From Escherichia coli (GTDB lineage Bacteria > Pseudomonadota > Gammaproteobacteria > Enterobacterales > Enterobacteriaceae), in the NCBI RefSeq assembly GCF_024502345.1, contig NZ_JALDNN010000001.1: DNA of 64,000 nucleotides; one strand, written 5' to 3'. The number at the start of each line of letters is the position of its first letter. The first letter of the stretch is position 1. Both the position numbers and the translations under genes were made by a program. The notes under the pieces are model-generated. The model saw only the letters and a list, made by a program, of their open reading frames with translations. It was not told the DNA's origin and did no database searches. Shown one piece after another: positions 58,140-64,000 of the stretch.

Positions 58140-61034
58140 TCATTGAACCGTCCACCCAATGGTAAATAGGGTCTCTTGGCTGGTTTTTTTATTCAGTTTG
58201 CCTTCTAAGCTTTCAATCAGCTGTTCGCGCTTTTCGTCCACTTCATCTTGTTTATCAAACAGTTCACGGCGGCTTTTATTGCGCTGACTTTCTAACTGGC
58301 GCTGCTGTTTTTGCAGGGCAAGTTTCTCTTCCAGGGTTGGAGCTATTTTGGCTTCGCGGCGTACTTGCTTGATTTGCTTATCAAGCTCTTTTATAGATTG
58401 TTCAAGCCCTTCTTTTAAATCGTCTGCCCAAGAATCTAACTTGTTTACCTCTTGCTCGAAGAAGCTGAGATTACGATCGTTAACTTGCTTTTCGATGCCT
58501 AGTCTCGACTGCTGTAACGCATGCTGCAGCGCATATTGATAGCCAGGATATAAGGCGGCAAGTTCTTGCTCACTTACTTCACTTTGCACACAGGCACTAA
58601 GCTGCATCAGCTTTTGCACGACTTCACTTGGTAGCGGATGACCATGTTCATCTTGCGCGGCGAACAATAAATGGTCTTCGCTACGCTCCAATGATTCGAC
58701 ACTAAATTTTTGTAGGCTTAGTACACCTGACAAACCCACTAAGGGTTCTAGCATACTGATTTTTGTTTGGTGGTTGCTGTAATCAAAAATTACGCTGGCA
58801 ATGGGTAATTCACGTTGAAGCGCGTTGCTGATCACCCATTCACCCAGCGGGTGGGTGATACGATACACATGGGCATTGGCTAGTTTACCGGTTTCAATAC
58901 TGCCGCTTTGCTGTCCTCGGCGTACAAGTTGGTAGCTACCTGTAGGAGCCTGATTGATACTTTGATTAAGCGTAAAACTATGGTTGCTTGGGTCAATGTC
59001 TGCGATAGCTGCAAGTTCATGCGTACTGAGTTGCCAGAACCAACGGCCTACTTTATCGAGGCGTTGCTGCGCGGCATCTAGCTGAATTTTGAGTAAGTCG
59101 TGAATATCTTCATCGAAATTTTCCAGCAGCAGTTGCTGGGTCTCGCGCATTTTTTGGTTGATGTCGGCTTCTAGCTCTTTTTGCAATTGATCAAAAGCTG
59201 CTTCTATTTCCGCCGGTTGCCGACAAGTCTCGTATATATTTTGGATGCGTTTTTCAAAATCAATACCAGATTCAATGCTGCCTAGCACATCGTCCGATGC
59301 ACCAAACACGCCATCGAACAGATGGAATTTTTCAGTCAGTAACTCTAAAACACGCTGATCGGCTTTGTTGGCTTCGTTGAGGAAGTTGATCACCACAACA
59401 TCAAATTGCTGCCCATAGCGGTGACAACGGCCAATACGTTGCTCTACTCGTTGTGGGTTCCATGGTAAGTCATAGTTAATAAGTAACGAACAGAACTGTA
59501 AGTTAACCCCTTCTGCAGCCGCTTCGGTTGCGATCATAACTTCGGCATGATGGCGGAAGTAATCAATTAGGGCAGTACGGCGGTCAATTTGCGGTGAACC
59601 ACTCACCTTATCACTACCTTGGTTTTCAGCTAACCACTGCTGATAAACTTTGGTTGCTTCTGGATGGTTATTGCTGCCACTAAAGGTGACTAATTTATCA
59701 GCAAAGCCATTCGCCTCGAGGAAACGAGCTAGGTATTCTTGCGTGCGCTTCGATTCGGTAAAAATAATGACTTTACGTGGCGCCCCCATTTCCTCCATTT
59801 TGGCAAACCCTTGATTAAGCGCCGTTAGCAAGGCTTGGGTTTTACTGTCGGTGGTAATGGATTTAGCCTGCTCGATATAATGCTCAAGCTCGGCTATTTC
59901 AGCATTGAGTAACTCAAAGTCAATATCACTCTCAGGGGTATTGCTTTGTGTTTCTTCTACATACTCGCTGTACTCTTCTCCTAAATCATCACTCTCAACA
60001 AGCTCACTGATAATATCGAGGTCCGATTTAGCCTGTACTTTCAAGTCAACCAATCGGCGCTTTATAGTTTCGAGTGTGTTGAGCACTGCGTGCGAACTAG
60101 ATGCTAATAGCTTTCTCAGTATAAGGCCGGTTAAATGACGTTGGCTCTTGGGTAGTGCATAGCTCTCGTCCTTTTCCAATAAGGCACTAATACTTTCGTA
60201 AAGTGCCATCTCAGCATTAGAGGGTGTAAACGGTACGGTGAGTGTTTGACGTTGGGTATAGCGGACGTATTCGAGTACATCTTTGCGCAAGGTACGCTGA
60301 ATAAACCCGGTAAGTCGTTTCTTTAAATGCCCTAGCGCACTTTCGTTATTGACAAAGTGTTGTTTGAAGCTTCGCTCATCGCCGAAGATTTGATCGTCGA
60401 TAATGGTTGAAAGTCCATACAATTCCATGAGCGAGTTTTGTAAGGGTGTTGCAGTAAGTAATAGCTTTTTACTGCCATCTAATGCGCGGCGTAGCGTTTG
60501 ACCCATTTTATTGCTGCTACGATGTGCATTACGTAGCTTGTGCGCTTCGTCGATGACGACAATATCCCATGGCTCTAGCATTAGCTGCGTTTCCATTCTC
60601 GCAGCATAGTGATAGGACATAATAGAAACGCAGTGATTAGCTAGCGGGTTAGTTTGACCATTGTTAACACTAATGCGCCACGTTTTTGCATCAAGCACTT
60701 GCGTTGGTAAATTAAACTTATCGCCCAATTCCTGCGCCCACTGGCGTCGCAATGACGCCGGGCAGATGATCAATATGCGGCGTTTACGCTCTGCCCAATA
60801 CTGTGACAGTACTAAGCCTGCTTCAATAGTTTTCCCTAAGCCCACTTCATCAGCGAGTACAACACCTTTGCTTAACGGGTTGTTGAGCGCAAAAAGTGCC
60901 GCATGAATTTGGTGCGGATTGAGATCAACACTGGCATCAAAAAGAGATTGAGACAATTTATCAACGCCATTTTCAGCGTGGCGAATGGTTAATTCCTGCG
61001 CAAAGTATTTTGCTTGATAATCAGTTATTACCAT
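58140..61034 (-). CDS. SNF2-family helicase (964 aa) with a long coiled-coil-rich C-terminal extension
   Basis: LADEVGLGKT, VVIDEAHKLRN, LLLTATPLQNS, QRIGRCHRYGQ. ORF 58140-61115 trimmed to the ATG at 61034 (MVITDYQAKYF). Confidence 0.85.
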   Translation of the reverse strand: MVITDYQAKYFAQELTIRHAENGVDKLSQSLFDASVDLNPHQIHAALFALNNPLSKGVVLADEVGLGKTIEAGLVLSQYWAERKRRILIICPASLRRQWAQELGDKFNLPTQVLDAKTWRISVNNGQTNPLANHCVSIMSYHYAARMETQLMLEPWDIVVIDEAHKLRNAHRSSNKMGQTLRRALDGSKKLLLTATPLQNSLMELYGLSTIIDDQIFGDERSFKQHFVNNESALGHLKKRLTGFIQRTLRKDVLEYVRYTQRQTLTVPFTPSNAEMALYESISALLEKDESYALPKSQRHLTGLILRKLLASSSHAVLNTLETIKRRLVDLKVQAKSDLDIISELVESDDLGEEYSEYVEETQSNTPESDIDFELLNAEIAELEHYIEQAKSITTDSKTQALLTALNQGFAKMEEMGAPRKVIIFTESKRTQEYLARFLEANGFADKLVTFSGSNNHPEATKVYQQWLAENQGSDKVSGSPQIDRRTALIDYFRHHAEVMIATEAAAEGVNLQFCSLLINYDLPWNPQRVEQRIGRCHRYGQQFDVVVINFLNEANKADQRVLELLTEKFHLFDGVFGASDDVLGSIESGIDFEKRIQNIYETCRQPAEIEAAFDQLQKELEADINQKMRETQQLLLENFDEDIHDLLKIQLDAAQQRLDKVGRWFWQLSTHELAAIADIDPSNHSFTLNQSINQAPTGSYQLVRRGQQSGSIETGKLANAHVYRITHPLGEWVISNALQRELPIASVIFDYSNHQTKISMLEPLVGLSGVLSLQKFSVESLERSEDHLLFAAQDEHGHPLPSEVVQKLMQLSACVQSEVSEQELAALYPGYQYALQHALQQSRLGIEKQVNDRNLSFFEQEVNKLDSWADDLKEGLEQSIKELDKQIKQVRREAKIAPTLEEKLALQKQQRQLESQRNKSRRELFDKQDEVDEKREQLIESLEGKLNKKTSQETLFTIGWTVQ

Positions 61035-61227
61035 CCAACACCCCTTTTCCTTGAGCTGCTTGCGTACTGATCCATTCTTCAAGATCGGATTGTTTAAAGC
61101 GCCAAGCATTGCCAACTTTAAAAGCAGGAATTTTATGTACCGCTGCTAGACGGTAAACAGTTCTCTCATTTACCTTCAAATACTCAGCTACTTCTTTAAT
61201 TGTCAGAACGGTATCAGTCATTTTCAC
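61021..61227 (-). CDS. excisionase-type (HTH_17/MerR-like) DNA-binding protein
   Basis: LTIKEVAEYLKVNERTVYRLAAVHKIPAFKVGNAWRFKQSDLEEWI. Confidence 0.8.
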   Translation of the reverse strand: MKMTDTVLTIKEVAEYLKVNERTVYRLAAVHKIPAFKVGNAWRFKQSDLEEWISTQAAQGKGVLDGNN

Positions 61228-61433
61228 TCGGCCACTTTGAAAAGTGCGTCAATTATCTAATGCGAGTGTCAAAATAGTACAAATAAGTACATGAATCAAT
61301 CTTATTCGGCACTTGCCGGAGCTCCTTGGCTTTAATCCTCATCAATTTTAGGTACAGTTTTCAGGCTCGGGGATAAAGTATAAAGAATGTCGTACTGCCG
61401 CTGCCAGAGCAATATTCCCCCCTGCTGGTTGTA

Positions 61434-62093
61434 TCAGAGATGGTATGCCGGTATTTTGCGGGTTGTTCCCGTCAGGTTATCGTGCACCTCCACGGTCGTC
61501 GTTACCACCGGCATTCCGGCCTTTCTCAGCCTCAGGACATCAGCCGCAATACGCTGACTGCCAAACCAGAACAGGCCGTCCAGTGCAGTCACCAGTAAAC
61601 CTGCCTCCAGCGCATACTTCAGCCGTTCACGGGGCGCTTTCACTTCCCTGGCAACCTGCTGATATGGCGATGATGTGCTTTCATTCCCAACCACGCGACG
61701 AATACGGTGAGACAGATGATACCGGTATATATCCGGCACACCAGAAAGACTGGCCTTCAGGCTGTACACGCAGCCAAACCGTTTATCGTTGAACACCACA
61801 TTTTTCTGGCTGATGCCCCATTCTTCACGCAGCGCGGCAATCAGTTGTGGTGTCCGGGTAAGCAGCAAGCGAAAAGGCAGCTCAAAACTGGTGACGTAAT
61901 CCACATTCAACAATGCAATACGCAGTCGTTCTTCTGGCCCGGCCTCTGTCTGCCGACACTCCTCCAGAACATCCTGCCACTGCCGGCGAAGACGGGGCGA
62001 TTCGTTCCGTTCTGTAAAACAGTATTTATCTGCCAGATAATCAATTCGTGTACGCATACTGAAAAGAATTCCGTATAAAGATTCAGCAGACAA
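61434..62093 (-). CDS. hypothetical island protein (219 aa)
   Basis: ORF-track ORF at the end of the second CP4-like module. Confidence 0.5.
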   Translation of the reverse strand: MSAESLYGILFSMRTRIDYLADKYCFTERNESPRLRRQWQDVLEECRQTEAGPEERLRIALLNVDYVTSFELPFRLLLTRTPQLIAALREEWGISQKNVVFNDKRFGCVYSLKASLSGVPDIYRYHLSHRIRRVVGNESTSSPYQQVAREVKAPRERLKYALEAGLLVTALDGLFWFGSQRIAADVLRLRKAGMPVVTTTVEVHDNLTGTTRKIPAYHL

Positions 62094-62145
62094 AACTTTA
62101 TCAGTCTGTAAAAATTAACGGAAGAGTCGATATTTCTCCCGGTCA

Positions 62146-62688
62146 TCACCGGATGATTGTTGCAATAACCAGTGGCCTCAGAGACTGAACAGCCGTTTTT
62201 AACGCAACGTATTGCTCTGATGTATCAGGCCGGGTAACCCGAAAACACCTTTCCACCCGACATTGTCCGCCCGTATCCATCCCCCGCCAGGTCTGCTGCA
62301 GTAAATCCACCACTTGCGAACATTGTTCATCAACTGTGACACTGGCTCGCGGGTGACAAATACTCGTCTGGCTGAGCAGCAACAGGCATCGCATTGTTGC
62401 TCCTCCATGTTGTTCCCGCAACCAGCGTAATACCACCGGCGATGATGGACTGGTCGTGTGATTACGCTCAGTAATACGTTCATAAAAGGAAGTACAGAAT
62501 GCATGAATATGTTGCCCGTTGATGTTTCCTTCTGCCGAATGGAGCGTGAAGTGAAATGCCAACAGATGTGGCCAGTGGTCCACCCCCTGCTGAACAAAAC
62601 GCCGGATTTCCCCCGGCGCTGAAAGTAAGGCTTCGGTTATTTGCACTATTTTACCCCTGTGAATTTTGTTAAGCCGGTGCAGACACAC
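62146..62688 (-). CDS. inovirus Gp2 / YfjJ-YagK family protein
   Basis: HWPHLLAFHFTLHSAEG pattern, paralogous to 40449-41015. Confidence 0.55.
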   Translation of the reverse strand: MCLHRLNKIHRGKIVQITEALLSAPGEIRRFVQQGVDHWPHLLAFHFTLHSAEGNINGQHIHAFCTSFYERITERNHTTSPSSPVVLRWLREQHGGATMRCLLLLSQTSICHPRASVTVDEQCSQVVDLLQQTWRGMDTGGQCRVERCFRVTRPDTSEQYVALKTAVQSLRPLVIATIIR

Positions 62689-62803
62689 GGAAAGCGCACA
62701 TCAACACCAGCACAGTACGATACAAACACCAGTGACTGACGGGACGAAGGAAATGACGAATCAGTCAGGAAATGATGACAAACAGTTGGCTGACCAGAGG
62801 GTG

Positions 62804-62917
62804 TCAGCAGAAAGATGAGCGGGAGTGTCGCCAGCACCAGGGACAGGGCTGATTTCCGCAATACCAGCGCCGGCATTTTGCACATTGACAGCGTACTGGC
62901 ATTACAACACGTTTCAT
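62804..62917 (-). CDS. small zinc-ribbon protein (37 aa), not in the ORF track
   Basis: MKRVVMPVRCQCAKCRRWYCGNQPCPWCWRHSRSSFC. The ATG overlaps the alpA stop (ATGA). Homologous to 42052-42186. Confidence 0.55.
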   Translation of the reverse strand: MKRVVMPVRCQCAKCRRWYCGNQPCPWCWRHSRSSFC

Positions 62918-63144
62918 GCTGCTCCTCGTGATTCCTCAATTCGCTGCTGCATCCACTGCTCCACTTCACTTTTGTACCAGCGGCTGCTGCGCCCCAGTTT
63001 GATGGGTTTAGGGAAATGACCTTCACTGATCAGCCTGTAAAACCATTTATCGGTCATGCCGGTGAAACTGGTGATGTAGTTCATGTCGATCAGGGGATCA
63101 TCGGCACGCAGCAATACGCTGTCGTGGCTTGTTGTGGTCAACAT
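62914..63144 (-). CDS. alpA: AlpA-family regulatory protein
   Basis: ORF 62914-63264 trimmed to MLTTTSHDS. Contains YITSFTGMTDKWFYRLISEGHFPKPIKLGRSSRWYKSEVEQWM. Confidence 0.85.
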   Translation of the reverse strand: MLTTTSHDSVLLRADDPLIDMNYITSFTGMTDKWFYRLISEGHFPKPIKLGRSSRWYKSEVEQWMQQRIEESRGAA

Positions 63145-63212
63145 GGTCAGAATGTCCTCAGTGAGATTTATGAAGAATGGGGTAATACGGGAAATGGGAT
63201 TGCGTGCTGCTT

Positions 63213-63773
63213 TCAGCACTGCCAACCGGGATTGCCGGCAAGGCAACGGGCTTCCGGATCGCACACTCCACGGCGATCGCGGGCGAAATCACTGAACGCC
63301 CAGATAAGGTCCTTAAACAGGGCTTCGCAGTCCGGTGACCGGCGATCCAGTACCACATCCCGGGTGATCTGCTTCTGGTACAGCTTTGCTTCACCTGGTG
63401 ACGCGAAACCCAGCACATTACTCCAGGCATCCAGTATCAACCGATCCAGTTCGGGGCCGTCGAAATACTCCTGTCTGACGCACAGCACCACGTGGTATTC
63501 CGGCTTTTCCGGATGACGGGTCAGGAGCCAGCAGAGGTCACGCCCGGGCGTTGCATTCATCAGCGCACTGACAGTTTCGATAAAGGCCATACCAAACCAG
63601 GTCTTTCTGCTGCTGAAGGTAGTGTCATATTCACATGGCAGACGAAGCAGGATCCGCCGTACCCGGGAGCCGGACTGCTCACGCAGCGCACGCTCAAGAA
63701 CGCCGATGACTTTGCTCTGATAAGATGGCCAGAAGGGGGCAAGGCTATAGTCGAAATAAGGAATAGCATTCAT
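63213..63773 (-). CDS. inovirus Gp2 / YfjJ-YagK family protein
   Basis: ORF 63213-63803 trimmed to MNAIPYF. Contains VRRILLRLPCEYD...EYHVVLCV. Confidence 0.55.
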   Translation of the reverse strand: MNAIPYFDYSLAPFWPSYQSKVIGVLERALREQSGSRVRRILLRLPCEYDTTFSSRKTWFGMAFIETVSALMNATPGRDLCWLLTRHPEKPEYHVVLCVRQEYFDGPELDRLILDAWSNVLGFASPGEAKLYQKQITRDVVLDRRSPDCEALFKDLIWAFSDFARDRRGVCDPEARCLAGNPGWQC

Positions 63774-64000
63774 AAGATATGCTCCGTTATGCGCAGCCCA
63801 CAACGCGTCCTGCCCGAGAATGAGCTGACGTGTTATGGTTTGCGGATGGGGTTGATGGAATACGTGAAGAACCGAAACAGAACGGGAAGATCAGGTCACC
63901 GACAAGGGGCGAACACCGGATACAGGTTCAGGATGAATGATCTCCGTTGACTTCGGTTCACATCATTAATCAAGGCGGTAAGGTTTTACCGACGGAGTGT

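Overview
Mosaic Enterobacteriaceae (E. coli-like) genomic-island DNA assembled at a tRNA-Phe attachment site and heavily reworked by mobile elements. All family assignments come from reading motifs and from recall; no searches were run. Layout: (1) 1-14270: an island segment bounded on the left by an IS903-like end. It carries a cluster of small unknown genes, a YfjR-like WYL regulator, a GmrSD-like DUF262/DUF1524 nuclease, a complete Type IC (EcoR124I-like) hsdMSR system and an ORF built from six 48-bp repeats. (2) 14271-14319: a 49-nt 3' fragment of tRNA-Phe, followed by a P4-type integrase, a phosphoethanolamine-transferase-like gene and an Hra/Hek/Tia-family outer membrane protein gene. 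(3) 18.9-20.6 kb: an IS1 remnant cut by a 1221-bp IS3-family (IS407-group) element. (4) 20.6-29.5 kb: an AT-richer metal-resistance block with a Zn/Cd/Pb-type and a Cu-type P1B ATPase, a CDF exporter, two MerR-type and one ArsR-type sensors with recognisable operators, and a small AraC regulator. (5) 29.5-32.5 kb: an RloC/PrrC-like AAA_13 ATPase bracketed by hairpin repeats. (6) 33.4-38.1 kb: an IS3-family element broken by a group II intron and by IS30. (7) 38.2-39.0 kb: an IS256-family fragment abutting a decayed T6SS tssB. (8) 39.8-50.5 kb and 61.4-64 kb: two CP4-57-like backbone modules (AlpA, inovirus-Gp2/YfjJ-like, zinc-ribbon proteins, a yfjR-like operon). (9) 50.7-61.2 kb: an AT-richer six-gene minus-strand operon (HTH, SNF2 helicase, Abi_2, AIPR, Type III Mod, Type III Res) that replaces the 3' part of a DUF932 gene. 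This operon is the best candidate for an undescribed composite defence system. The hairpin-bracketed RloC-like cassette and the repeat ORF rank next.
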